Of a stretch of 64,000 bases of DNA, positions 50,258 to 64,000 are shown one piece after another (positions within the stretch are counted from its first letter, which is position 1; each line of letters begins with the position of its first letter). Location of the stretch: assembly GCA_951406725.2 (NCBI GenBank), contig OX597815.1, positions 181,288,001 to 181,352,000 on the forward strand, in the 5' to 3' direction. The DNA is from Octopus vulgaris (Eukaryota). The translations under genes were made by a program, and so were the position numbers. The notes under the pieces were generated by a model. It searched no databases. It saw nothing but the letters and a program-made list of their open reading frames with translations, and had not been told where the DNA came from.

Positions 50258-52119
50258 GAAATGAGATGAACTCAGTGATAACTCAAGTGCACAAGGATAT
50301 GAATTTAGATAAGTTAAAGTGTGATGTAGTGCATGCTGTATGTAAAACATTCGCAGTTAATTGTATCAACCTTCCTAGTTGGAGAAATTAAACCTAGCGG
50401 TAATTGCTGGCAAATCTCAGAAGGGGAGATAATTTCAAATAAATAATATCTCAGACTGAGGGGGTGATAATTTGAAGAAAATCTCTCATAGATGATTTCT
50501 ATGTTAAGAGAAAATATAGTGTGTGTTTGCTGACAACCAGAGAACTACGAATAAGTTTTGATCTTGTTTTGTCTCATTAGTGTAGTATAGTTTCATCACT
50601 GCTTTTATTATTTGACAAGAGTTTAACAAAGAAAATCTAGTTATGAAAAGTTTAGCCCACTTCGTAACTAGTTCCGTTCCAATGTGTGGCACCATAAAGC
50701 AGATGTCTGTTCCTGTAACCTTCGGGCTGACCAATGCCTGGTTAGCGTATTGGTTAGACAGAAAGTATCATATCTGCAAACCCATCGTACGCATACACAT
50801 GTGTGTGTATGCATGTATGCATGAATCCGTGTCTATATATACCTATGTATGTGTGTGTCCATTTTTGAGTTTCTTGCTCAACTGCTTGACAAAAAATGTT
50901 GGTTTGTTTGGCTACATAATAAACACCGGAGTCGATTTATTCGACTGAACATTTTAAGGCTGTACTCGAGTATGACCGTTATTTAACGGCTGAAACAAGT
51001 AAAAACTACACGGATAAAAGAATACCCCAAAATAAAATAACTCATGTAGGCCCATGATTTAAGTAAATTTAAGTAAATCAATTAAGGACTGACGCCAAAA
51101 AGCTCAATTAATTAAAATTTACCTTTTTTTGTTTGGAGAAGCAAAACGTTAACTTCATAGTAATTGGCAATGATTCCAACAGGAAAGGGAAATGATTTTT
51201 AAAACCGTACTAACTTAATTTATATAATTTATTAATGTACACGAATTTTAATTGAACGCTTTTGGAGGAAAATAATTTTCATTATTCTTTTTCTAACTGT
51301 AAATCTCCATAAAAATATTGGAAGTAATTTTGAGTAAGTTATACTATCCGATGACACCCTGTAAGACGAAGCATATTAATAGTCTTATCCCCTTGCTTGC
51401 AAACAAAGAAGAGGTTTCCCATAATCTATTAAATCGATTTTGTAAAATCATTTCTTAGTTTCCTGAAATTATCTTCCATTTTCTTTGAGTGAGCTTAACG
51501 ACAATAGCTAGCGTTTTTATATTCCTTCTCTGACTGAGAGGGGAATTTCAAAGAAAATAACTAATTTTCGTTTTTAGGAGGAAAAATACGATCTTTGTTG
51601 GCAGGCAAGTTGACAGCTGAAAGATAGTCTTAGTGTTAACATATTTAATATAAGAAGCTTCAAAAGATTATCTGAACATATTGTTCGATGAATTTAAACA
51701 ATATTATCGTTGACTAACATCGTTTAAATTGAAATATGTTAACGTAAACTTAATTCCTTTTTCCATGCGGATAGCGTCTGAGAGAAATTTAATCTCTGAG
51801 CAATCTGATATAACCCTGACAACTGGCAGTTTGACATGTTCTGTTCATTGAAGCATTTTTCTCTCCTCATTCTTCTTCAGTCGCGATGGCGTGGTTAACG
51901 GTTAACAGAGTCGGAGTGAGACAGATACTGCTATGAAGTGGAACAGGGTGAAGGAGATGGTAGCCATGTTGCTCCTTTATCGCAAGTTGTATGTTTACAT
52001 TAGTAATGAAGCGACACGAACGAATATGGGAGAATCCCAGAGGGATTTGAACCTGTCATATCATTGACGACGTTGTCTGGTGACCACAGGAATAATTAAT
52101 AACTCTGATATCTACACAT

Positions 52120-52337
52120 ATTCTTTTCTACTCTAGGTACAAGGCCCGAAATTTTGGAGAGGGAGCCAGTCGATTAGATCGACCCCATTACGCAACTGGT
52201 ATTTAATTTATCAACCCCGAGTGGATGAAAGGCAAAGTTGACCTCGGCGGAATCTGAACTCAGAACGTAAAGATAAACGAAGTACCTCCAAGCATTTCGC
52301 CCGGCGTGCTAACGTTTCTTGCTGCTCGCCACCTTGA
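52120..52337 (-). mobile_element. SINE family B monomer
   Basis: Head, body and tail motifs. Confidence 0.85.
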
Positions 52338-53517
52338 TAGCAACACATATTGAAACAAATCAAGGAGGTATGTGTTCATTCTGCTTGCTGGAAATAACAG
52401 CTAAATCTCCCTCAAATCATGCATACACTCATAAAATGTTACATCGGACAATGTGGCTAAGAAAAAAAAGTGATAAAAACGTGATAAAAGTAATAAATAC
52501 GTGATTGGAAAGCATTTGGTCATAAGTCTTCTCTATCAGGATCGACACAAGGAGAGATAAAATCAATAACAACCCGCATCGAAGCTGGAAATTGTTTTGA
52601 ATCAGTGTAATGGCAGATACCCTACCATACCAGTGTTTTTATTTGACTTCAACAGAATTAAATCACGAAATTTCTTCAAATTTCTAACGTGGAGAAAATC
52701 CTTTGACAGAATTCTTTATGTAGTTGGCGTCGGTGCAACAAATTGATGTATACGATAACATTCTCACTGAACTAAAATTTCAGTTGTGTTAAAAAAAAGA
52801 AAGAAACCCTAGCGTCATTTGTTAGTCATAGTTAAAAAAAGAGGAAACAATTTCAAAAATTAAAAGTTAATTTCTCAGAAAATTTAATTTCCATTCTTTA
52901 CAATATTCTAATGGAATCTAAGGCTGCGAATTGGCAGAATTGTTACCGCACCGGACAAAATACTAAGCCTTATTTCTTCCGACTTTACGTTCCGAATTCA
53001 AATGCCGTCGGAGTTGATTTTGTCTTTCATCTTTTTGTGTTAATAAAATAAGTACCACACGAGAAATATGGTCGATGAAATCGACTTAGCACCTTCCCAC
53101 AGATTCCTGGTCATGTGCTAGATTTTAAAGCCAATATTTGAATGGAATCTCTTCAAATGGAATGGAATGTGTCTGTGGAGTGCTCAACCACTTGCACGTT
53201 AATTTCACGAGCAAACTGTTCCGTTGACCTGATTGACTGGAACACTCGTCATCGTAATCGACGGAGGACCAGTCAACACATGATAGTACATGATAACAGC
53301 GACACAAGGTTTTCCTATCTTTCTCAAACGCCTGAATAATCTAAGTGACCTGGAATTGGAAACTGAATCACTGATTCACTTCGTTGAAAACTTTCAGCAG
53401 CATTTCAGCGCCATGGCTTTCAATTAAGAGATCTTTCACCTTTCTATCTCGAATCGTATCTCAGGCGCCAAGACAATATTCTTAAAATACTTTTCTCACA
53501 CCCGAAAACTTTACAGG

Positions 53518-53591
53518 CTACTACTACTACTACTACCAACACCACCACCACCACCACCACAACCACCGCCACCACCACCACCACCACCACC

Positions 53592-53635
<44 letters not shown>

Positions 53636-53648
53636 CACTACTACTACT

Positions 53649-53707
<59 letters not shown>

Positions 53708-53726
53708 CACCACCACCACCACCACC

Positions 53727-53799
<73 letters not shown>
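53518..53799. repeat. Compound (CTA)n/(CCA)n microsatellite
   Basis: Direct reading. Confidence 0.95.
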
Positions 53800-54509
53800 G
53801 ATTCTTGTTAGACATTTCGGGAAAATAGTTTGAAAACACAGTGCTTAATATTTCGATATTTGCTTGCTTTATTATGTCTAGACTATCAGATCAATATATT
53901 TGAAATGTTTCGTGCCGACGGTCCTCCGATGATATATAGATATTTGCCACTGAAATAGAAAAGTGTAAATGCTATTTTTTCTTCAAGATGAATTTGTTAT
54001 TTTATGTCAGTATATATTTGTAACATATTCTGAAAATGTAAAAGAAATATTTTTTACTTGTAGACATTTTTTGGTCATTAATCAGTTTTCTTTATAAAAA
54101 TAAAATGTCGCAGATTTCATCCTTTCGGGGGTCAATAAATTAAGTACCAGTTGCGTACTGGGTCGATCTAATCGACTGGCCCCCTCCCCCAAAATTTCTG
54201 GCCTTGTGGCTAGAGTAGAAAAGGATTTCTAACACGTTTATTTTTTCAACCCTGGAGGAATGTAAACACGGTAAGATTTGAACTTAGAATATAACGTATA
54301 AAGACAGAAATAGCTGAGTATTTCAAAGCACATTACCTGGTGATCTACAGATTATTCCATCCGATTGCTACCGGGTAGCAATATTGTTTTTAACATTGGT
54401 ACAAGGTCACCTTCCGCCTTTTTTGAAGAAGAGTACTTGGTTAGTATTTGGCTATATTTATTTTAATGACCACGTGGCATGAAAGGCATGGCCGACCACG
54501 GCAATATTC

Positions 54510-54728
54510 GAAGGCGGTGAGCTGGCAGAAGCGTTAGCACGCCGGGCGAAATTCTTAGCGATATTTCGTCTGTCTTTACGTTCTGAGTTCAAATTCCGCC
54601 GAGGTCGACTTTGCTTCTTATCCTTTCGGGCTCGATAAATTAAATACCAGTTGCGTACTGGAGTCGATCTAATCGACTGGCCCCCTCCCCCAAAATTTTG
54701 GTCCTTGTGCTTAGAGTAGAAAAGAATA
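54510..54728 (+). mobile_element. SINE family B monomer
   Basis: Flanked by aatattcg on both sides. Confidence 0.85.
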
Positions 54729-55094
54729 TTCGCAATAAGAGCCATGACATCCGCATTTTAATTAATATAACATCATTTTTCTTCTATGCTATCATATACA
54801 AAAACAATTAGACATGGATTATTAAATAAATAAATATCTGCCTTCATTTCATTAACATGCCAGCCATAACTTATTGACTTGTTTCTTGTGTTTCTGCCAT
54901 TAGAATGCTATGAACATTCGTGAATGTTCCCTATAGACCCTCTCAAATTTTCTACGTATTGTCCACCAAGGGGCTCATTTAGACTAGGTGACATTTTGAT
55001 CGAGTATCCAGATTGTGAATCCAGATGTTGCCAGTTGAGTGCAGAAATCAAAAAGGTTTGGTGAAATTGAACACAAGGGTAGTAAGTGAACGAC

Positions 55095-55460
55095 TGGGGT
55101 GGGGGCCAGTCGATTAGATCGACCCTAGTACGCAACTGGTATTTAATTTATTGATCCCGAAAGGATGAAAGACAAAGCCGACCTCGGCGGAATTTGAACT
55201 CAGAAAGTAAAGACAGACGAAATACCTATTTCTTTACTACCCACAAGGGGCTAAACACAGAGGGGACAAACAAGGACAGACAAACGGATTAAGTCGATTA
55301 TATCGACCCCAGTGCTTAACTGGTACTTAATTTATCGACCCCGAAAGGATGAAAGGCAAAGTCGACCTCGGCAGAATTTGAACTCAGAACGTAACGGCAG
55401 ACGAAATACCGCTTGGCATTTCGCCCGGCGTGCTAACGTTTCTGCCAGCTCGCCGCCTTA
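55095..55460 (-). mobile_element. SINE family B dimer
   Basis: Head and two body units. Confidence 0.85.
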
Positions 55461-55518
55461 AAACAGAAGTATAATGAGAAAGTATGGAGTAAAATGCGGA
55501 GTAAAAAAAAATGCAAAA

Positions 55519-56375
55519 AGGCTGCGATGGGTAAATTGTCGCCAGCTTACATTTTTAATTTTACACATTGCTTGTTTTTGATTTTGTCGACTACACAGTA
55601 TAGTAGGGTCAGTTGGGCACCGTCTGTGAGAAAAACAACACTATGACGCAATTCACTCTGCTTCGCATTCACGCTGGAAGCTCCAATGCGATTATTTCAG
55701 AGTGTTTGTGTATCCATCTGAGGACAGTGCAATCTGAGGACATGTACTGAGAGTGATAAAAATCAAATATCCAGTCAACATCATGGTGTTTGGAGTAATC
55801 ACTAGTGATGGCGACGTTATGCCTTCATTCATCTTCCCACACGATCTCAGACTCAACACGGAGGCCTACATCAAGTGCCTGGAAGAGGTGGTGCTGCCCT
55901 GGGTCAAGAGAGTGGCTGATGGAAGACCCCATGTATGACAACAGGACTCTGCACCATGACACACAAGCAAAAGAACCTAGCCATGGCTGTCAGACAATTT
56001 CTATGATCACATCACCCCACCCCCAAGTACCTGACCACCTAACTCTCCAGACTGCAACCCCCTTAATTTATTATACGTGGAGCACAGTTGAGCGAGAGAC
56101 CAACAAAAATCCTTCTAACAGCAAAAATGAACTGAATGCAAGGATTATAGCAGCATTCAATTGCTTAAGAAGACTGTCCAGAAGAGTTGCAGGAGATTCC
56201 GAAGTCATCTGGAGGCCATCGTTGAAGCCAATGGCGATTATATTGAATAAATTTACTCTTTAGTATTTCAAGATATTTCTATGCAATGTTTGTAAATATA
56301 TCTTTTAAAATGAGATGTCAGTGTTATTTTCGTTTTTGCGTAATTTAGATGGCAATACATTCGCTACACCCTGTA
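55519..56375 (+). mobile_element. Internally deleted Tc1/mariner element (DD37D/maT-like)
   Basis: IMVFGVITSDG..LRLNTEAYIKCLEEVVLPWV..QQDSAP*H..PPNSPDCNPL. Ends in caccctg|ta with a diverged left TIR. Confidence 0.85.
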
Positions 56376-56729
56376 TATTGAATTTATATTTCTTGAACAC
56401 AAACCGACAGCAGAAGGAAAAATACTTTTCTCTTCCTCTGGTTTCAGTCATTAGACATACGACCGTGATTTGACATCACCCTCTCGGAATTTATTCACTT
56501 ATATTGGTTTCAAAGTTTGGCAGAAGGCCAGCAATTTCGAGCAATGAGGTAAGTCGATTACATTCCCCCTAGTGGTCAATTGGTACTTATCTTATCCTCC
56601 TCAAAAAGCTAAAGGCAAAAGTCGGTCTCGGTGGAATTTGAGCTCAATGTAAAGATGGATGAAATACCGCTAAGCATTTTGCCCAGCGTCCCTACTATTC
56701 TGTTAATCCATCTGTTATATTAATACCAG

Positions 56730-57068
56730 TGAAGGCACATGACTCAGTGGTTAGAGCGTCGAGTTTACAATCGTGAGGTTGTGAGTTCGAATCCCCTAAC
56801 GAGCTGCGTGTTGTGTTCTTGAGCAAGACACTTTATTTCACGTTGCTCCAGTTCACTCAGCTGTAGAAATGAGTTGCAACGTCCCTAGTGCCAAGCTGTA
56901 TCGGCCGTTGCCTTTCCCTTGGATAATATCGGTGACGTGGAGAGGGGAAGCCGGTATGCATGGGCGACTGCTGGTCTTCCATAAACAACTTTGCCTGGAC
57001 TTGTACCTGGAAGGGTAACTTTCTAGGTGCAATCCCATGGTCTGTGTCGTGACCGAAGGGGGTCTCAG
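56730..57068 (+). mobile_element. tRNA-derived SINE, family D head with an alternative tail
   Basis: A box tgactcagtgg and B box gagttcgaatcc. The tail is shared with the minus-strand fragment at 57925-58145. Confidence 0.8.
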
Positions 57069-57242
57069 TTGGCCTTTTATGTGTTTCATTGGCGCAAGAA
57101 GAAAGAAGACAAAAGAAAGAAGACTAAATGCAAAGACAAACCGGTGTCAGTATGAATACCAGTCAAAGACTGAAGCCAACATATTCGACAGCTTCCTCTT
57201 CCAAAGACTTTTCGCCCGGCACTAAAGTTAGAAAACATTATA

Positions 57243-57510
57243 TACGAGGGGTGTTCATTAAATATTTCCCCTGACCCACTTCCTAAGGACTGGGATAAAC
57301 GAAACTTGGTATAATTATTAGTCCTTCTCTACATAGCCACCACCAATGGCGACACACTTCTCTCATCACTTTATGCAGCTGTGAAGACCTCGTCTGAAGA
57401 GCTCGGTAGGTTGCGTCTGGAGCAATCTCGGAAATAAATTCATCACCCGAAAAGTGTTTCCCCATGAAAACAGACTTCATGGTTTGAAAGAGGTGGAAGT
57501 CACTGAAATA
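57243..57510 (-). mobile_element. mariner element 3' end
   Basis: SDFHLFQTMKSVFMGKHFSGDE. TIR ta|cgaggggtgttcattaaatatttccc matches the 50257 TIR. Confidence 0.8.
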
Positions 57511-58509
57511 ACTTCTTAGCAGGTAGGAGTGGATCCACGTCGACGAGTAATGACCTACCAGACTGCTATCCGGGTAATATCGTCCGTAGGGGAAGGGACA
57601 TCGATGTCTCAGTCCTGCTGTACTACAGGGAAACTCATGGCAAAGTCTCCTTCTTACGCATTCTAGGAGACCATCATTTCTATCCTCTTCCTGTCATGTG
57701 CTGTTAACACTGTCCATCTAGGGAGATAAAACCTTGTAGAGCATCACAGAATATAACACCCACCAGCCTCAGAGACCTTTCAAAGATAGTCTTTTTTTTT
57801 TTTATTACTATGTCTTAGAAAATAACACAGTATTACTATGTCTTAGAAAAACACAGTATGGATGTTTAACCGCCTAATTAAACAAAGTCTGTTGATAGTT
57901 TGTAAAGGGCAAAAAAAAAAAACCCCATCGGTCATGAATGGCTATAGGATTGTACCGCGAAAGTTACCCTCCTAAGTACAAGTCTGGGTAGGGTTGTTTA
58001 TGGAAGACCAGCAGTCACCCATGCATACCAGCCCCACCTCTTCATGCCACCGATGTTATCCAAGGGAAAGGCAAAAACTGATACAACATGGCACCAGTGT
58101 GGTCGAAACTAATTCCTACAGCCGAAGGAACTGGTGCAACGTGATAGTTTGCCAAGGATTGTTATCGCTGACAGAAAATTGTTGCTGTATTTGTTGCGAA
58201 GCCCTGTATAATTCGGTTAGTCTGAACATTTTCACCACATAAAAGTAATTTTTATAAAAATTTTCTTCACGCATACAAGAATAATTTTCGGTTCTTCTCA
58301 GGGTTTCTGTATATTTCCGGTGAACATAATCTGTTTCCCAGATTCTGAAATTATTCAAACAGAACCTCCACCAGCTTCATCATATTAAATAAATATGCAC
58401 CCACATATTCTTTATTCATCAGTTTCCATGTTTCAGGATTATTATGTATATGCTTATATCTATGCATATGTGTCTGCGCGCGCACGTGTCTGTCTGCAAA
58501 TATGGATCT

Positions 58510-58695
58510 ATGTGTATATATATGAGTGTGTGTGTGTGTGTATAAATATATATATATATATACACACACACATATATGCGTATATACACTCACACACATA
58601 TACAGACACGCATACACACATATACACACATCTACACGCACACATATATACGTATGTAATAAATATAAACACAAGTGTGTGTACATTTGTTTGTT

Positions 58696-58729
<34 letters not shown>

Positions 58730-58850
58730 CGCACAGATATATATACATATATACACTCACACACATATACAAACACACACATATACACGCATATATATAT
58801 ATATACGTATGTAATAGATATAAACACAAGTGTGTGTACATTTGTTTGTT

Positions 58851-58901
<51 letters not shown>

Positions 58902-58960
58902 GCACAGATATATATATACATATATACACTCACACACATATACAAACACACACATATACA

Positions 58961-58995
<35 letters not shown>

Positions 58996-59047
58996 GTATG
59001 TAATAGATATAAACACAAGTGTGTGTACATTTGTTTCTTTATGTGTG

Positions 59048-59095
<48 letters not shown>
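58510..59095. repeat. Composite minisatellite (three ~165-190 bp units built from TA/CA microsatellites), with a related unit at 60615-60800
   Basis: acgtatgtaata(a/g)atataaacacaagtgtgtg at about 58650, 58805 and 58994, and a variant at 60709. Confidence 0.85.
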
Positions 59096-59098
<3 letters not shown>

Positions 59099-59963
59099 TG
59101 AAATGGATAAATGAATTATCTTGTTACGGATTATTCAAATGATAACCGATACCTGGGTAGCAAAAATCACAACAGAAAAAATCACGGTTGAGGTTACGAC
59201 CATGGGGTCTCAAACCCGTGCCTTAGTGCGGAAATTTGAAGTTTTATATATTCAGTATAGGAAGAAATGGAGCTGAACGAAGATTTAACAAAATTCCTTT
59301 TTATTATTTTCTACATATGTTTCAAAGGCTGCAAAGTCCCTAATTCGGGTTGAATAAGGAGACCATTTTGCAGGAAAATCCAGGAATTTAATTCTCCAAT
59401 AAAATGCACAGCAAGCTTTTCGACAAACGCTCACGAGGAGCCCATGGGATAAATGGCACTAAACTGTCTCTCAATATGCGTTGACGCCAGGCTGGGTGAA
59501 AGCCGACGAAAAAGTCCGTTGAGATAATTCAAGGTCAAAATCCGGTTAACAGGGGGGGGGGTTTACAGGAAAATCAAAAAGTGTGAATGTGTTCTGTATG
59601 ACTGGTGTTAATATTCGAATTGTTTTAAGAAAGAGTGCTATAGTGTTTGGGTGTGAGAAATTGCCGATATGTATGTGTGTGTGCGCCTATGTATGTGTGG
59701 CAGTGTGTTTAGAAGGCTGCAAGGGAGAGAGATATAGCAGCTATTAATGGTCAAGCAGCAGAAAAAACTGTGTCTGTGTGTTCGTCTGTAACCAGTTGAT
59801 AGAGAGATGGAGTGTCAAAAATGGGAGGATACAGTGACATCCCTGACAGCAGTTCTAGATAAGTAGCAGTTCTTACACTTACAGGGGGGTGATTTCCCCT
59901 TACAAATTTAATTCAAAATTTTTTTCTTTTCTTAGGAAATCAAGGGGTTAACTATCTTAAACT

Positions 59964-60612
59964 TCATTGGAATGCAAGAAATGTGTGCCGCTTCCAGTGT
60001 GGGCATCTAAAAGAATTTTGCACAATCGAGTTAACAAGTTGCCCTCGGGCGAACAGAATATGAAAGAGTTCCGAGCTGCAAAGATTACAGATTCTTTTGC
60101 CTCTATCAAACGGTAAAGACACCGATAAAATCGACCATTCCAGTCTAAAGGTTGAATTCGCGTTCTTCAAACGCCAGACTAATTTACTTAGTCCCGTAGC
60201 GTGTTGCTTTCCAAAGTCGCGAAACGTGGAGAAATGATTCGATATTCTAACACCCAATTTCGATGATGAAGCTCCGATATACAAGTAGACATCTGTATCA
60301 GTATAAACTCTGCACTGGTAAATGGCGTTTCTAATCTTGGAGTTACTAGATAAGAACCTTATTCTATTGGGATTGGCTTCCGATATTAATACGGCGTTCT
60401 TATTACTATGATGATTGTAAAAACTACGGCTGTATTCGACATTATTCACCCCATTATCATTACTATTTAATGCAATATCACCTGTATACTCCCTGCTACT
60501 GAGAACGCCGTGATTGCTAATGTCCGTGATACTACTGTTGTTAAAACCGCTGCTAATATTGTTGTTGGGACTCCCTACATTAATGACTCGATCAGTGCTC
60601 TTATCCTTATTA
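59964..60612 (-). CDS. Penelope-like element GIY-YIG endonuclease ORF (no RT domain in the window)
   Basis: NAIYQCRV..YIGASSSKLGVRISNH..TGLSKLVWRLK..WSIL..CNLCSSE..LVN..CPH shows the GIY-YIG motif plus the SKxxW, CNLCxxE and CxH signatures of PLE endonucleases. The start codon is not identified. Confidence 0.8.
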
Positions 60613-61348
60613 CCATATATATATATATACAAACGTATATATGAATATATACACTCGCACATATATACAGACACGCACGCACACACACACACAGACGCAC
60701 ATATATATACGTATGTAATAAATATAGACAAACATAAGTGTGTGAAGTGTGTGTATGTTTGTTTGTGTGTGTTTGTGTCTGTCTGTCTGTCTGTCTGTGT
60801 GTATGACCATGCAACCTACATCTTCTTCTTAACTTCTTTGCGGTTTCATAATTTTTTAAGTGTCCCATTTTTGCGTAGGCAGAGCCGGTGCTGAAGCTGG
60901 AGGAGTTGCGAGTTCCGAAGACATCTCTAAACGCCCCTCGGCACGAAAGATGCTCTGACAACAATTGATAGTATGTATAATGGTGAATATACAAGACTTC
61001 TATTGCTATCCTGGCATCTGTTCTGAAGAGGACGCCTATTACAAAACCCCTCTCCTCATTTGATATGAAGACACCGTCTTCTATTTAGACAAGGAAGATG
61101 CCATATATATTTATACATAATTTCAGGCACACATCCTCGCACACACAAATGTACACTTACTCACACACACCAATATGCACACACACACACACACACACAT
61201 ACACCAGCACCCTGAAGTACACACATAACTTAAACTTTAGCGCACACACACGTATTATGTATATGCATATATGTGCATATATACGCACATATTTTGGGGG
61301 ATTATATAATCCTTAAGGTGGATCTAACTTCCTCAAAGTGGGTGTATT

Positions 61349-61679
<331 letters not shown>

Positions 61680-62712
61680 CAAAATGTCTGCGTGCGTGTC
61701 CTTTATACAAATCCACAATTTTTCAATTAGAGCTCGCACTTTCTATTGGTCATTCAAAACCGTTCAAGTGTGGTCGCGCACATATTTACATTTCCCTAGT
61801 CACCCCGCAAAGCCATTAAAAAATCAATAGAAGTGACTTTTTTTGTGAATTTTCTATCCAAAACCCAATCAAAATGCCCGAAACTTGATACACCAATTGA
61901 ATGCCAGCTAGCTGTATGTGATTGGTCGGAGATTTGGACAGTACTCGCGTGTATGTGCACACGCAAGCAGCTGTATATGCATGCACTAGCATCATGACCC
62001 GGCAACTCCGGGTTATAGTGCTAGTATATATATAAGCACACACAAATGTAGGCTGCAGCGGGATTCCGCACAGTTTTTTTCTACAAAAATCCACTCGTTA
62101 AATATTGTTCAGACCGAGGTCATGAGTAGAAGTCATTTTTCCCAGATTAGTATGCAGTCAGATCGAAACAAGAAGAAAAAAGAAAGAGAAAAAAGGAAAT
62201 GAGAGAAAAAAAAACACAAAAACAAAACTGTAAAAGGCAGGTGCTGTGATGGCCGCATTGTTAGATTAGTCACTTCTCAACCGTGGTCGGGAAGCAACTG
62301 ACAGAAACATACACCTTTGGTAGCACATCTTTGAATTGTTATTTTTCAATCAGAGCCGTCCTGAGCCGTAACAGAATATTCAGATAGCAATTTTCTCACC
62401 ATTCATAAGGGAGGGAAATTTTACTGATGGATGTTATCTGCGGAAATATGTTTGGGATAATTGACATTTCTAATCGGTTAGTTGAAGGAAACACTATCTA
62501 TAGAACTTGGCAGACGCCCTTATGTGCCTTGTTGGAAGTGGGATTCTTTTCATGCAAAAACAACGGATTGGAACGAACGTAAATAGAAACTCAATCACTA
62601 AAAGTTCTCCAAATGTATAAAATTCTGTGCATATACACACATATATAGAAACATGTAAACACACAGTTAAGTATGTATGTATGTATGTATGTATGTATGT
62701 ATGCATGCATAT

Positions 62713-63100
62713 AGGCGCAGGCATGGCTGTGTGGTAAGAAGCTTGCGTGGTTCCGGGTTTAGTACCATTGCGTGACACCTTGGGCAACTGTTTTCTACTA
62801 TAGCCTCGAGTCGACCAAGGCCTTGTGAGTAAATTTGGTAGACGGAAACTGAAAGAAGCCTGTCGTATATATATATATATATATAGTTATATTATGTATT
62901 TGTGTATCTTTGTTTGCGCCCAGCCACCATCGCTTGACAACCGATGTTGGCGTGTTTACGTCCCTGTAACTTAGCGGTTCGACTAAAGAGATCGACAGAA
63001 TAAGTACTAGGCTTACAAAGAATAAGTCGTAAAGGCGATTTGCTCGACTAAAGGCGGTGCTCCAGCATAGCCGCAGTCAAATGACTGAAACAAGTAAAAG
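62713..63100 (+). mobile_element. SINE family A, full length
   Basis: Head ggcgcaggcatggctgtgtgg through to tail gactgaaacaagtaaaag. Confidence 0.9.
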
Positions 63101-64000
63101 AAATAATACATGCATACATATATATGTGTGCGTGTGTGTGTGTGTGTGTGTATGTGTGTGTGTGTGCGCGCGTGTGCATGTGTATATTTCAACTGAAGCG
63201 TACACAAATATGATTCATAATTAGAGAGCTGGAATAAATTATATTCATTCCCGGTATCTAATTACCTTCAAATTAGCAATGGCCTACGTAGTATGTTTGG
63301 TAAATATGTTAATATTTAATTATAATTAGGATATTCAGCGGACGTTCTCCCCGACGTCTTAAATATGATACAGTCTCATCTATGTTTCTCTCTAATAATA
63401 TCAGTTATATTTCAAAGGATTTCTTAAATCTTTCTTCTATTTGTAAGAGTAAATATTTCTTTATTTCCTCTTACATCGTTGCTGATGTAATGCACATCCG
63501 CCATATAACCCACATATCAGATCTGAATATTTCAGATTTTAACACATGACGTTTTGAGTTCGACATACCGCGAGGAAGATATGCATTCTATATTAAATTC
63601 ATACATACACACTCACACAAACACACATACGCATAAACTCACTCGTACATACACACAGATATCGTCGATTAGCCGTACGTATCATTCACTGCTGAAGAAG
63701 ATAAGACACGCTTGGCTTAATTACGGATTCACTGATGAGTGAATAACCATGTTTTTTCACACGTATCATCCAACACCTTGCACTTATAGCTGTGTCTTGG
63801 AAGTATTGTACAACAAGGGAGCAGGCGTGGTTATGTGGAAAGTTGTTTGTTTCCCTACCATATGGTCCCGGGTTCAGTTACACTGCATCGCACATTATGT
63901 ATACCAATGTCCAGTTTTACTTCAAGATTTCTTGCCAATAGAGAAAGAACCGGTTTCTAACCTAGATCCAAGGTTCCTTCGTTGGAATTTCAACAACAGG

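Noticed and set aside
49875-57510. One mariner element spanning the two matching TIRs
   Set aside because: The TIRs face outward and the coding fragments are in the wrong order for a single element, so they are separate or rearranged relics.
57515-57780. Possible second LINE ORF1 fragment on the minus strand
   Set aside because: Only vague similarity, with no zinc knuckle visible.

Overview
AT-rich, repeat-dense eukaryotic DNA. The SINE families and microsatellite load resemble an octopus/cephalopod genome, an inference from repeat types only. I recognise no intact host protein-coding gene, rRNA or true tRNA, and most short ORFs in the track are microsatellite or SINE artefacts. The window holds many copies of at least four tRNA-derived SINE families (my labels A-D). 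It also holds fragments of L1/Tx1-type and Dong/R4-type non-LTR retrotransposons, several Tc1/mariner relics, non-autonomous TIR elements, a Penelope-like GIY-YIG endonuclease ORF, a ~2 kb SINE-mediated tandem duplication inside a decayed unidentified ORF, and several long palindromes. The most striking signal is a ~500 bp fold-back element seen at three loci (32.1-32.7, 38.5-38.8 and 43.1-43.3 kb). It consists of two back-to-back tRNA-like Pol III heads, each followed by (AAT)n and a minimal type I hammerhead-ribozyme motif. Further hammerhead-like motifs, including U3-A8 core variants, occur in other Penelope-like remnants. All coordinates were read by eye and may be off by a few to a few tens of bases. 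No database search or folding program was run.
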